A stretch of DNA of 64,000 nt, from assembly GCF_963921235.1 (NCBI RefSeq), contig NC_086118.1, positions 19,098,001 through 19,162,000 of the forward strand, in the 5' to 3' direction. The notes below the pieces were generated by a model, which was given only the letters and a program-made list of their open reading frames with translations, was not told where the DNA came from and ran no database searches. Positions 25,171 to 39,003 of the stretch are shown piece after piece. The position numbers were made by a program, and so were the translations under genes. The DNA comes from Mobula hypostoma (taxonomy: Eukaryota). The first letter of the stretch is position 1. The number at the start of each line of letters is the position of its first letter.

Positions 25171-28100
25171 TTAACACAAACAAGGACAAAAGAGCTAAAT
25201 TTCAGATGTGAATAAGAGTGACCACTCAGAACCTCAGGACAGATTTTGCCCAGGTATGACATCAGGGGGTTTGAATAATATGTAACTGTGGAAATCAAGA
25301 AGAAGCCTCTCTGTTACCTTGAGTCACACCTAGCCCATTGGAAGATGTTGAAGATAATATTACAATAAAATAAATTATCAGTATACTTAGTAGCTATTGC
25401 ACCAACTTTCTGGGGAGTTAGTATTATTTGTCAATGCAAAAACCTCTATATTTTGCATTGTCTGCATCTATTATGAAGGTGTAAAATATTTAATAATTGC
25501 TTTCATTAAAGAATCGTTATCTGATTGCTGCTGACTACTAACATAGCACCAGAACCTTCTCAAGGGTAAGTAAGACTGGGCAGTGACTGTAGGGCTGTGA
25601 GAAACATTCATGCCCGGGATGATGATTTCCAGAGCTTCAGTTCACTGCCTCATCAGAAAGATGACACATCTAGCAATGTGAAGAGAGTTAATGGAGTGGT
25701 GTGGTTACATCCAGTTGTGCCTAGCCATGTGTTCAAATTATGAATAGATATCTTGTACTTCAGTCGACTGGAATAGCAAATATTCAAATTTGGCAGCCTG
25801 TCAGTTAAAGGTTGACCAAAAACCTCATTGATCTGCCCACTAGATGTCACTAATACATTTAATAACAATTCTGTTCAATTATGTAAGATCTCGGGGGAAA
25901 TTGCCATTGCAGAGTCAGCCCTTTCTTCTAAATTCACAGCATAGATCCATTTAGTGACTGAATAAGAGAATTTGTATGGGCTGTTAGATTCATAAAATCA
26001 TTCAACACCAGGCCTATACAGTCCATGTTCTGACTAGAAACAAGTTAGTAACTAATTATTAACAGGAAGAACAGTATCATGTGCGGTTCATACAGGATTT
26101 GGCACAGTATGACTCAACTAACAATCTGATGATTAAATTCCATAGGAAAAAATATTCACTCTACACTATATGCAGGGTGTTTACTTAACCATGCGAATTA
26201 CTATAGAAAAGTAGTGGAAACTCTTAGCAGTGAAGTATAGAAGCATATTATTGAATGAGAAAGCCAGGTTTGTCACAGCAATAATATTCACTTTAATGAC
26301 TGGCCACAGTGGTAGACAGGCTAACTTAAGTGAGATATTGCATTGGAAGTAACTGGTGATACTTTCAGCAGTAGTAGCATTAAACAGGCTGCATTTGTTT
26401 TGTATACTTGGCAACCTTTGGGACTCAGTAATATAACCTGAATCATTGTAAAAATAGCTGAAATTTTCTTTTTTAATATTAAAACAATATCTGCATTACT
26501 TACTGTTTTGGTGACATGACATCCTAAGTTGCATTCTTTGAAATATTTATGTCCAATGTGTGAATTCAAGCACACGTAGAGATTTTTCACAGGAAGCATA
26601 TTCCTTCTCTGAACTTCAATTCATGGAGGAAGTATACTTTAGTGTATGATATCATTAAAATGACTCCAAAATATAACACATTTTCAAAATCACAAAAGAA
26701 TTTAGATTGTTTTCCTATTTGCATTCTCCCATTGTGACTTGAAGAAATAGGTTATTTTACCAAGCATTTGGTTTAATGCAGATAACAGTTAGTGGAAAAA
26801 GGGAATTGATATTTTTTGCAGTCACATAGCCAACAAATTAGACCAGGATATATTGTTGAGACCATGTGTGCATTTGTCCATTGAACACGACAGACAATCA
26901 ATATTGACCTGATGACGTTTTTTTGTATGTGCACCCTTTTTAATCTGCAGCAACTGGAGAGCTCTCCAGGCACAAAGCATTTCAACCCAAGCAGCCGTTC
27001 TACCAGGTCAGGACTTAGTGCTGGCTCCTAAGTGCTCTTCAGAACGTGACAGTGAAGTGCCTTCTTGAATCACTGAATGAATCACAGTTTATGATAAAGA
27101 CACTCCTGACACTGCTGTTAAACAAAAAAAATTTTGATTAAGACCCAACAATCACCAAAGTATTTCCAAGGTGTATTCCCTGGAGAAGAACCTGTAGGTT
27201 GTAGTGTTTCTGTGCTGTGTTGTAAATACTGTTTTTTTTCCAGATTGGACTAAAGTCCAATATGCCCAATTTTGAAGAAGGAATACTATTTCTGATTCCC
27301 AAACAATTGTTCAACCACTTTAACTAAGATATAGATTCCCGTCCTGGCTCTAGAGTTGTTCATTTGATCCTCAATTTTCTGCTACATCTCCTACATTGAA
27401 AGTGGTAAACACCATTCAAAATGTGTTAATGCATCTATTAACACCACGTGCTTTAGGAGGTCATTCACCTGATTGTTTTCCGTAGCATATCATAGGGAAG
27501 AAGGTACAGTACTTGTAGATTTGAGCTAATTAAGGTTAGAAGGCTGTCTTGAGGATATGGAAAGCACTATTTATAAAAGCAAGTCTTTTTCTTTGGATAA
27601 CAAGTAATTTGATTGATTTTATAAGTCATTGACTCAGAAACTGCAAAGAGCACAATCCTGTTGAATAGCTGAGATTGATTAACTCAGCAAAGATAAGGAT
27701 TGAATCTATGGTCTATGTTGTCCAATAACTACATTTATTGACTCAACAGGAGAGAGTTTTTGTTGCAAAGACACTTACATGGATCCTGGGCTCAGCCAGT
27801 CGTAGAACGCTGATGGATTTATAGCTTGTGGATAGTGCGAGTGATGATACCTATGTTGTAATACAGTATTATATTTTTTGTGTTATTGGATTTTTAGTGT
27901 TAACACAAATAAAGTCAACATGAGCTTCAAATAATGCAGTAGATCATGACTAGGAAAGTTAGGTACTCAGCAGGGATATACACATACTAAACCATGGCAC
28001 AAAAAGTGAACAATGATTTTTCAGATCTACAGGATCACAGGCAAAATATTCAGTGCAGATGCACAAAATGTTGAAATAAATGCAATTGGCAATTCAATAA

Positions 28101-28199
28101 AAAAGTATGATATTTAAAAAGCCAAGTAAAGATTTACTAGATATGGTTTGTCATCAATGTGAAAGTAACCAGAGAAGAGGATATAAAGTTTCCTCAAAG

Positions 28200-30860
28200 G
28201 AAATAAAACACAGAAATATTCAGCGAATCAAGCTGCATCTGGGAAGAGAGAACCTAACTTACTGATGATGACCGTTTGTTGGAAGTAGGAAATACATACA
28301 TATGCTCGCAGTAAAGAGAAAAGTGTGAAAAGAACCAAGGGATTGTCTGTGATAAAATGGAGACTAAGAGAAGACAGGTGCTGGGTGCCAATTGGGAGAT
28401 GGTGCTGAAGGCTTGTTGATGGTAGTTATTCTGTAGTGAATGTAAAGCAAGAAAGGGAGAAGAAGAGCAAAAAAGATGGTGGAACTGAGGTACAGAACAC
28501 AGCAGCTGCTGGAAATCTTTAATAAAGCAATAGAAAAAAAATAGGTCAGAGAATAAAAAACTGAATTATATTCGGAGGCCAATAAATAGTGGAAATCTGA
28601 AACCAAAACAGAAAAATTTTTAAGTACTCAGCTGCATCTGTGGGGATAGGAGCAAAGCTAACATTATGGGCCGGTGATCCTCCTCAATATTGAAATTTGA
28701 TCTGCTCAAAATGTCAACCTTGCCCTACTTCTAGAAGGTACACAACCCATTGATAATTTTTTGCTCATACCTCTAAAACACATCAGTCCTGATGCCAACT
28801 GGAAAGGCTGGTTATCTGAAACTGATGAATTCATTATTTAGTCTTGAGGGCAGGAGCATGCCTGGGAAGAAGATGAGATATTGTTCTTCAAGCTTGTATT
28901 GGACATTATTGGAATAGCGTAAAAGTCTAAAGGCAGAGTTGGAATGGAATGGAGAATTAGAATGATGGGCAACTGCGAACTCAGGGTTATTCTTTTGGAC
29001 TGAAGGGAGACCCTCTGCAACACCAGTGCTCAGTCTTCATTTAGTTTTTACAACATAGAACAGGCCACATTAGGATCACGGAATGCAATAAACTAAATTA
29101 GAAATGAAAATAGATTGCATCTTCATCTGGAAGAAGTGCTTGGGTGATGGGAAGAGAAGAAGTGAAAGGGCGGTTATTGTGGTTCAAGGAAAGGTTTGGT
29201 GAGAAGGAAACTGGATATTGATGGAGATGGAAGAACAGAAATGTGGTAGGAACAGACCCTTCAGAAAAGGGTATAGAGGAGGAGGTTGCATTATTTGATG
29301 GGAAATTATCTGTTATATTGGTTATAATATTATCTGTTATAATATTATAGCTGGGTGACATGGATTGTTGGAGACTGAGCTGAATGCTTGTTAATGCTAA
29401 CTAATCTCTCCAATAGAGAAATAATTAGTGATAGAATAGAGGAGAGAACAAAACACTGTCGTGATACGGATTGTTTGGATAAAGTGAGAAGAGCAGGAGC
29501 CCCATCCTTGCTCTGCATGGAGGAGACTGAGTGAGAACAGAAAGAAATGGAATATAAATACGCAAACACGAGGAAATCTGCAGATGCTGGAATTTCAAGC
29601 AACACACATAAGAGTTGCTGGTGGACACAGCAGGCCAGGCAGCATCTCTAGGAAGAGGTACAGTCAACGTTTTGGGCCCAGACCCTTCGTCAGGACTAAC
29701 TGAAAGAAGAGCTAGTAAGAGATTTGAAAGTGAGAGGGGGAGGGGGAGATCCAAAATGATAGGAGAAGACAGGAGGGGGAGAGATGGAGCCAAGAGCTGG
29801 ACAGGTGAGTAGCAAAAGGAATATGAGAGGATCATGGGACAAGAGGCCTAGGGAGAAAGAAAGGCGGGGGGGGCGGAACCAGAGGATGGGCAAAGGGTAT
29901 AGGGAGGGGGAACAGAGGGAGAAAAAGGCATGAACATTGACTTCTCAAACTTCCGCTAATGCCCCACCTCCCCTTCATACCCCATCTGTTATTTATATAT
30001 ATACACACATTCTTTTTCTCTCTCTCCTTTTTCTCCCTCTGTCCCCCTCACTATACCCCTTGCCCATCCTCTGGTTTTCCACTCTCCCCCTTTCTTTCTC
30101 CCTAGGCCTTCTGTCCCATGATCCTCTCGTATCCCTTTTGCCAATCAACTGTCCAGCTCTTGGCTCCATCCCTCCCCCTTCTGTCTTCTCCTATCATTCC
30201 GGATCTCCCCCTCCCCCCTACCACTTTCAAATCTCTTACTAGCTCTTCTTTCAGTTAGTCCTGATGAAGGGTCTCGGCCCGAAACATCAACTATACCTCT
30301 TCCTAGAGATGCTGCCTGGCCGGTTGTGTTCACCAGCAACTTTGATGTGTGTTGCAAGAAATGGAATAGATAGGGTTGAGAAATAAAGCCATCATTAAGG
30401 AAATAGAAATCTTAAATCTTTCAGATGGAAAGCCCTGTCATCAGAACAGATGTGATGGAGATAGAGAACCTGGCAGAATGGAATAGAATCCTGACAGGAA
30501 CCAGAGTGGGAGGATGTGTAGCTGAAACTCCATATTTCTGGGAACTAGTAAGCTTGTAATGTATGTTGGCCACTAACCAATTCCCTGAGAAAAATCAAGA
30601 TAGGAAGACTTGGAGAAAGTGAGAGTAGAGTAAAGACTGGATGCAAAGGTGGTGATGCTTTTGAGTTCCGTATGTTTCCACTTAGTTAGTTCTGCTTCAC
30701 TTCATCTGCAGGTTCCTGAGACCACAGATTTTTGTTTTCAAAACCCTGATGAATTCTGCAGGATCAATACACACAAGATGCTGAAGGATATCAGCAGGTG
30801 AGGCAACAATGGCAACAGGAAATGAACAGCTGATGTTTCAAGCCAAAACCCTTCATCAGC
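28200..30860 (-). mobile_element. Old degenerate Penelope-like region hosting a younger insertion
   Basis: Degraded terminal repeats at ~28210, 28590, 30770 and purine-rich Penelope-like body; sequence continuous across the 13-bp TSD. Confidence 0.55.
29555..30355. mobile_element. Young Penelope-derived insertion forming a long inverted repeat
   Basis: Arms ~29600-29928 and ~30027-30355; 13-bp TSD aagaaatggaata (29542-29554, 30356-30368). Confidence 0.92.
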
Positions 30861-32349
30861 CTCTCAATTTATGGCTTAGCTACCCCTTTAATCTCTCCGC
30901 CATTCATGAATAGTAGACACCTTGAGCCTCAGTCTTCCTCTCTCTTTCTATTTATCTCTGACTCTTAATTTTTACTGTTTGCACAATTTGTTTCTTTTTC
31001 TAAGCATTGGGTGCTTGACAGTCTTATTTTTTAAATGGGTTCTTTTGCGTTTCTTTGTTTTGTGGCTGCCTATAAGGAGATGAATCACAAGGTTCTATAA
31101 TGTATATATACTTTGATAATAAATGTACTTTGAACTTTGACCTTTGACATTCCATGTTCATACAGTAAATATCTGAAGTGAGCTCAAGTATTCATGCTTG
31201 ATTGTTTTGAAGCCTTGAAGTCTTAGAGGCCTGTTAGCCCTCTGGCTTTGTGCTGACTATCTAGTACCCATTCACACTCACCACATTTTCTCTACTTCTC
31301 CATGCCATCCACACACAAAGGGTAGTTTAAGAGGCTGGGTGACCTGGATGTGTTTGAGATTTGGGTGGAAAGCAAGGCAGTTACATGAAGAGCATTTGAA
31401 ATCTACACAGGCAATGCTCAGCATCAGGATTGAACCTCAGTTGGTCAAATGATGAGGCAGTAGCTCTACAAGTTTGCTACTGTGCTGCTCAGTTCGGATT
31501 CAGCTATCCACATTTCCTAATATGGAGCTGGAGTGCATTAGTACTATCCTCCCTGGTGTCTGCTAAACCTAGTACAGACTGGCAAGATCATAGACACTTG
31601 GATCTGCAATTCTGTTTGTATGAGCACTAAGCAGAATACTTAACCATTGGGGAGATAATTTTAACCTAATTATTCAGTGGGAGATGTTGATGAACTAAGT
31701 TTTCATTAAGATTAGAAAGAAATCGTTTTAGAAAATTTTTAGTCAATTGAGGACATATATTTTAGAAAGCTAATTTAGTTTCCCCACTTCATAAGAAGGT
31801 TTTAATTAAAATTTGACTTAATTATTGGTGAACAGAAACATTTTAATTCCCCATGCTTTGCAAAATACCTCATATCTTTCATTAGAAATCAATCAAACAG
31901 AAACTTTAGATGAACTCTATTATAAAAATATTATTTGTCTGAGGAAATATATATGGCAAATGAGACAAACTTTTGCATGCAACTCCACAGAATTCAATCA
32001 TTTGTCATGTTGATTTTAATAAGAATCTCACAACATTAACCTTTATGTATCCATCCCATGTTAGCTTAGTCACTGACTGCATATTCATTTTCTCACATAG
32101 TTGTCATACTGTTTTTATATTCCTAATCTTCTCTCTGAGGCACGTCTTATAGAGATAATAATCAAAGTGTTGTGTTGTGTTTGAGGAAGGAATTCTGGAA
32201 AAGGAGGAAGTATAAAATAATACTGAAAATAACTTTTTGCATCTAATTTAAACAGATGACACATTGTAGCAGGATATATCACATACAAAATCACCAACAG
32301 TAACCCAGTTGCTGGCTCCATCATTCAGTAAGAGCACAACTGATCCAAT

Positions 32350-33680
32350 CTTTCCTTTTGCATCATTTTCCAGATCTTTCCCCACATCCTTCAACTTCCT
32401 GCCAGTCTCTGTCTTGAGTATATTCAATGACTCGGCCTCAACAGCTTCTAGGATTGAGAATAAGAAAGGTTCATAACCCCTAAAAGACGAAGTACCTCTA
32501 CCTTTCCATCTGAAATGGATAACTATCTAAAACAATGCCTCCTATTTCCAGAGACTTATTAGGGGAAACTCCCTCTTAATATTCACCCTGTCTATCCCTC
32601 TCACAATGCCAGTGTTTCAATAATATCACCACTCATTTTCCCATATCTCAATGAACGTAGGCTCAACCGGTTCAATCATTCTTAATGCATCAAGCATTTC
32701 ACCCTGGTCAGGTGTATATTCTATGTAGTATCTCCAATGCAAACATGTTCTTTCCAAAACATAAAGGCCATAGATGGATTTAACACTGTTCATCTGCATC
32801 AAGCATCAAAACTTCCCTACTTTTGTACTCTTTACTCTTTGCAATAAAGACTAGCAACTCAGTACTCTCATTATTTGTTGTACTTGCAAGCTAACTTTTT
32901 AGTATTTCTATGACACCCCCCCACCCTAGAATCCTTCATGCTGCAACATTTTGAGTTCTCACTGCATTTAAATACTAACTCATTTTTTAAACTTCTTTCC
33001 AGAAATGTATAACCTCTCCTTCCAATTCCTCATTGACCCCTGTTATTCTCTAACTACCAATCTCTTCCTTCCTCTCTTAACCTATCTACATCCCTTTGTA
33101 GGTGTCATGAGAGACCTAGGTGAGGATGGTGAGGAACCAGTTGCTGGAGACTAGAATCAATACACGATATACGACTGAAAAGAAGAGTGTTCTAAGCTAG
33201 ACGCAAGACATGGATCCAAAGTTGATCTGATGATTAAGCACCACACCTCAGTTCAGGTGCTCTTTAAATATTAAAATATTGGTGCTTAAACATGGCCGCT
33301 GATTCGCGGGACAGGCCTAGGTCTTTAAAGGGGTCATGCCAGCTATCCGTATTCTGGCGAGTTAGAGCATCTAAACGCTGGGGGCTGGCACGCTCAGAAT
33401 CGTGTCATAACGGTAGGCTTCTCTCATCCTCCTCTCAACTTACTATATTTGTACGATCAGTGATATTAGCTATAACAGATTCAGTCTCTGATCATCAATG
33501 GAGATTATATTATGAGTCTCCAGCATTGATCCCTGTGCCATTTCAATTGCTACTGACTGCCAATCCAAAATGAACCATTTATCCAAACTTTCTGATTACA
33601 ATTAGTTAAATATTCCCCTACCTATGTGATCATTCTTCACCTAACCCTGTATGATGTACTTTGATCATCTGTTGTGTTCT
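32350..33680 (-). mobile_element. Old CR1 3' fragment, interrupted by a solo LTR
   Basis: Degraded CR1 reverse similarity; tccctttgtagg|cttctctcatcctcctc is continuous across the LTR. Confidence 0.6.
33103..33412. mobile_element. Solo LTR (310 bp)
   Basis: Ends tgtcatga...tcataacg (short imperfect inverted termini, CA>CG); 5-bp TSD gtagg at 33098-33102 and 33413-33417. Confidence 0.8.
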
Positions 33681-34939
33681 CATTTATTAGAAACAACTCA
33701 TTTCAATCACAATGTATCGCAGTTTGAAGCACATTTTATTTTTCATTTGAGTTTGAAGAGTAATCACCAGAATTTCACCTTAGTCCAATGCAATTCAAAA
33801 TACTTCCTATATTTGGATGTTCACGGTCTATAATTATAGTTCAGCTGAAATATTCTGCACTGATATATATTTTACTGGAAGTTTATTGACAATAGAAAAT
33901 AGGTGCAAAATAATATCCTGTAGATTGAAGTGGGCCGTGTGCATCTTGTAAAAAGGCAATGCAGAAAACTGCTATAAAATCAATCTGATTAAAGGTCAAA
34001 AGCAAAATATCACAGACATGGTGAATCTATAATAATAAAAAAAGAAAATACTCCAGGTATTCAGCAAGTTAAGTAGCATGAGTGCATGTTTGAAGAGAGA
34101 ATCATTTACCATTTCAGGTTAAAGACCTTGAAAAGATGATTAACCTGAAACACTGAGTATGATGAAAGGTTACTAACTTGAAAATTTTACTTTATTTTGT
34201 CACAGGTGTTGTTTGACCTCTTCAGCACCATCATTTTTGTTTTGTTTTCTATTCCAGATATTGCTAACAAAGTCAGATAGGAATGGTGGATGAAATTGTT
34301 CACACACACCACAGTGTTGCATACTAAAACTATTTAGTTACTTGTAATTAGGAAAGCAAATGACACATAGAACTTCAATAATTGCAAGGAAGAATGTTAT
34401 ATCTCAACGTAAAAGAAGCATCTACTTTATTCATTACCATGAAAACTTTAATAGCTTACTTTCAACTTGTAAACCAGTCATTTATTCAGTAATTATATTT
34501 TTTTAGCTAGATAACTATGGAGTAAAGGGACTTTATATGTCACATAAGGGAAACTTCTGAAGGACATAATTATTCATCTTTCTGGATATTATATGCATGC
34601 ATAGTAATTGGTTATAATTTTGCACTGGCTCCCAGATACCATACATGATTCAATTCAAAGTTGAATCATTCATTGCATAAATTGCATCCAGGTTTAATAA
34701 ATTATTGTCAAATATATTATTCCCATTGTAGTCAGAGAACTGTACAGTGGATTCCAGTTAATTGGGACACATCAGAGCAAGTACATTTTGGCCCAATTAA
34801 GCAGCTCTCTAAATTAGCAGAAGTTTCATGGAAACAGTTATAAAGGTTTAATAAAACAAAGTACCGCTTAACTGGGTTTTAAAAAACGATGTATTCAAAT
34901 GAAATACAGACAAATTAGAAGACTACCAATGCTACTGAT

Positions 34940-35370
34940 GGTTGTCCATTGTATCCGAAGATGACAGGAGACCTGTGAAAAAGCATTTTTGAATTGGAAA
35001 TGCCATTGCACAGGGGCAGATCCACTCACCTGACCTCATAAGTCTGGGTCAGTGGTTTGAGTAGATGTCACAACTGGTGTCTTTTCTGGGTGCAGTGGAT
35101 GACTATGACATCTTCCATGCTTGTCATGCCCTTCTTTTTCAATGCAGCATTGTAGAACTGCCTTCCTGGCTGTTGGATTTCACTGTAAATTATTCTGCCC
35201 AGTCTGCTGGAGCAGACGTTGCATGCTATAACAGGCATGTCGCCATCTCACTGGGGTATGAGACCCGCCAGCTACCCTCATCTGGTTTACCCTGCCTGTT
35301 GAAGTGGTGGATTGGGGTGTGGCCAGTTCTGACCAAAGGTAACAGTCAAGGTGAATGTTGATACCTTCAA
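34940..35370 (-). mobile_element. RTE-derived non-autonomous repeat (putative)
   Basis: ggttgtccattgtatccgaagatgac end and gagacccgccagctaccc..ctggttta pattern; no ORF. Confidence 0.45.
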
Positions 35371-35396
35371 ATTCCTCGTATTTTTTAAGTTGTTAA

Positions 35397-36167
35397 AGAC
35401 CATAAGACCATAAGACGAAGGAGCAGAAGTCGGCCATTCGGCCCATCGAGTCTGCTCCGCCATTTTATCATGAGCTGATCCATTCTCCCATTTAGTCCCA
35501 CTCCCCCGCCTTCTCACCATAACCTTTGATGCTCTGGCTACTCAGATACCTATCAATCTCTGCCTTAATTACACCCAATGATTTGGCCTCCACTGCTGCC
35601 CGTGGCAACAAATTCCATAGATTTACCACCCTCTGACTAAAAAAATTTCTTGGCATTTCTGTTCTGAATGGGCACCCTTCAATCTTTAAGTCATGCCCTC
35701 ATGACTCCCCCATCATGGGAAACAACTTTGCCACATCCACTCTGTCCATGCCTTTCAACATTAGAAATGTTTCTATGAGGTCTCCCCTCATTCTTCTAAA
35801 CTCCAAGGAATACAGTCCAAGAGCGGACAAACGTTCCTTATATGTTAACCCTCTCATTCCCGGAATCATTTTAATGAATCTTCTCTGTACCCTCTCCAAA
35901 ATCAGCACATCCTTTCTTAAATAAGGAGACCAAAACTGCCTACAGTTCTCCAAGTGAGGTCTCACCAGTGCCTTATAGAGCCTCAACATCACATCCCTGC
36001 TCCTATACTCTATTCCTCTAGAAATGAATGTCAACATTGCATTCACCTTCTTCATCACCAACTCAACCTGGAGGTAACCTTAAGGGTATCCTATACGAGG
36101 ATTCCTAAGTCCTGTTGTATCTCAGAACTTTGAATTCTTTCCCCATTTAAATAATAGTCTGCCCATT
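35397..36167 (-). mobile_element. CR1 3' fragment
   Basis: Minus ORF 35699-36061 (KKVNAML..LYKALVRPHLE..RMRGDLIE); (cataagac)n tail at left end. Confidence 0.92.
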
Positions 36168-37214
36168 AAAGTAGTGAAATCATTTCATTTTCACTCCCAG
36201 CTGTTTCTGGCATCTCCGAACCTCAATGTTTGAAAACACAGTGAGTAAAACAGTTCTGAATTGTCATACTGCTCATTTCTTGCTAGCTATCAGCGACAAA
36301 AATCACTGCAACTGATGCTATTTAAAAACCAATCGTTCTAAGCACAGTATAGTGTCTGATGGCCACACAAGCACATGTAAATGACACTAGTTAGGAGTTG
36401 TTATACAACAGTCTCCTGTCCCAATTAAGTGGCCTAAATAAATTAATGGAATTCCAGTTGTTTTCTTCATTAGTTTTGTTCTTTAAGAGTTGTCCCAAAT
36501 AAGTGGCTGCCCCAATTAACTGATGACCCAATTAACCAGAACAACCATATTTAATTTGCATAGAGGTTTGGAGCTGTTACTTTTCATTAGCTTTTACATA
36601 TTCTCAAATTATTTGACATCTGCAAAAGAGCTGCTGAAGTTCCAGTTACCTAACAGCTGGTTCTTGGATGATTCTACATTTCTTAACATTCCCTGCTTTC
36701 CTATCTAAACTTGCTCCATTGCATCTGAGCCCTTAAAATCCCTTTAACTCATTACTGGATAGTGAATCACTCAGTATTTGCTGAGGTCATTCAGAGGCCT
36801 ATATGTGCCTGGTACCTCAGTACTCCATCAGATAGAGATTGGCTCTCAGCTATCAAATGGGCACTTTGATCCATTTCTTTTTCATGTACCAAACGCTAAG
36901 AGGACACAAACCTCAGGTCCACTGCCCACCTATCTCAGGTTCATCAGATCCCCTGTATCGTGGTCTTGTTCAATCTGCCAAGGTTGTTACTACTAGTGAT
37001 TATTATACTTATGGTAGCATCTTGCTGGACAACATATGGCATCTTCTCTTTCCATTTACAGTAGTTCCATTGCCCGACATGCTGTCCGTAGTTTCACCTC
37101 TCTCTTAAGCTCTCATAGCTCCGATTCCCCCTTCACCCTGTTTAGTTCCCTATGCGGCTTTTTTTTCTCTTATGAAGTCTCTCTTCAACATCCAGGTGCA
37201 GTAAGTAATTGGGA

Positions 37215-37720
37215 AGGAAAATGCTATGTTAGTCTTCATGACAAGAGGATTTGCAAAGAGGAAGAAGGAACTTTTACTGCAATATTATAGGACTGTGGTG
37301 AGACTGCACCTAGAGTAATACATAGAACTTTGAAGTTTAACTTAAGGAAGGATGTATTTGCCTTTAAAGGTTGCAGACAAGGATAATGACTGTAATATAG
37401 GGGAGATTGAGTAGATACAGAATGCATTTTTGAGAAGTTTGAAAGCGATCACATTGAAACTTGAAAGGCCTGACAGATTGAATGAAGAATCATTACTTCT
37501 GCCAGCTGAGGAGTCTAGCACCAAGGATCACTGTCTCTGAATAGGTGGTGGGCTATTTGGATAAAGATGAAAAACATTTTTTCAAGCACATGGTGAATCT
37601 TTGTAATTCTCTCCGTCGAGTATGGACCTTGATTCAATGAAATTATCTAAAGTAGATGGAGGTAGTTCAAAAAAGGTACTGAGATAGGAGATTTGCTATA
37701 ATCTTGAAGAATGGATTTGT
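37215..37720 (+). mobile_element. Old CR1 3' fragment
   Basis: Degraded gtgagactgcacctagagta, aggaaggatgtatttgcc, ggtgaatctttgtaattctct motifs. Confidence 0.6.
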
Positions 37721-38022
37721 GCATTATATATTGTGCTCTAATGCTCTAGACATCATCTAATTTTCAAAGCTGTTGCTTATCACCATGCATTCATTGCCCC
37801 TGCCACCTCTGGTTCACTGTAATGTTTTCTAATCTCTGGCATCTACTCCGTGTACTCCCCAGGCTCCCTGTTCAGCTTCTTCCTCACACTCCTCTGTCAC
37901 TCCTTTTCTGCCAGTTCATCTCCTACGCTGACTGTCTTCCATAAATACATTCCTTGCCTTTCTCCCCAATCAGTTTCCTTCTTCACTTTGATTAATGTGG
38001 CATTACAAGGCTATGAAAAGGA

Positions 38023-38138
38023 AAACAACAGGAATTCTGCAGATGCTGGAAATTCAAGCAACACACATCAAAGTTGTTGGTGAACGCAGCAGGCCAAGCA
38101 GCATCTCTAGGAAGAGGTGCAGTCGACGTTTCAGGCCG
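38023..38138 (-). mobile_element. Short Penelope-derived terminal repeat
   Basis: Reverse of the 13445 copy; aaaggaa on both flanks. Confidence 0.85.
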
Positions 38139-38866
38139 AAAGGAAGCTCATTCTATATTACCAGACAACAAAATACACATTTCATTGTGTAAGGTCATTC
38201 TAAAAGAGCAAAATCCAACAAGCATATTCAACTAATAAATTCACAGATCAATCAAAGAACATATTTGCTGATTCATACAGAATTCTAAAGAGTTAATGGC
38301 ATTGATTATATGTGGAATAGTGCTGTGTTATTGAAAGAAAGGCAAGGAAACTGAACGTACAGTATATGGATTAGCTCAAGGTGGAAAAGATTCCAATTAA
38401 ACCGTTACATTGTGCTTTGCTAGTCCTGTTGCAAATACTTCCTGAAAATTTTCTAGCTGGAAGTCAGAAACTGTTGGCAAGCAGATCTGACTTTGTTACA
38501 GCTACAGTAAATGTAATAATGAGGTGTATTATAGACTTGCCTTAGGTAACTAACTGGATGTTGGTTGCAGTTGGTTTTGAGGCACCCATTAGGTTTTGAT
38601 TTCCATGGTTACAGTTTTAACTGCAGCACAGGTTTTGCTGCACTGAGTTTAAAGTTGCTGCAGCAACAGCTTTCTTGGGTGAAGAGAAATATGACCTCCG
38701 TATCTCTCATGGATCACATATGGCTGCAATTTTATGTGTTATGTGATCCAATTTTTAAAAAAACTCCAAAATAAAATTGAAGTGATAACTGGAGAATACA
38801 GCATCATATGAAAATTATTGTGGATAATGGTTATATTTGACAGTCTAATGGGCAGAGGACACTGGA

Positions 38867-39003
38867 CAAGAGAAAATCTGCAGATGCTAGAAATCTGAGC
38901 AACGCACACAAAATGATGGAGGAACTCAGCAGGCCAGGCAGCATCTATGGGATAGAGTACAGTCGACGTTTTGGGCCGGAACCCTTTGGTGGAGGCTACT
39001 GGA
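38867..39003 (-). mobile_element. Short Penelope-derived terminal repeat with long TSD-like flank
   Basis: Flanks aatgggcagaggacactgga / aatggacagagggcaccgga (17/20 identical). Confidence 0.8.

Larger units (their letters stand above)
34745..36548. mobile_element. Tigger-like MITE hosting two nested retroelements
   Basis: TA|cagtggattccagttaattgggaca ... tgtcccaa/cccaattaaccagaa (degenerate right TIR, repeated cccaattaa subterminal motifs). Confidence 0.65.

Noticed and set aside
29661..30293. Active hammerheads in the long inverted repeat
   Set aside because: The minus copy has AAAA instead of GAAA; the plus copy has ACAUCA, which breaks the stem III palindrome and one stem I pair.
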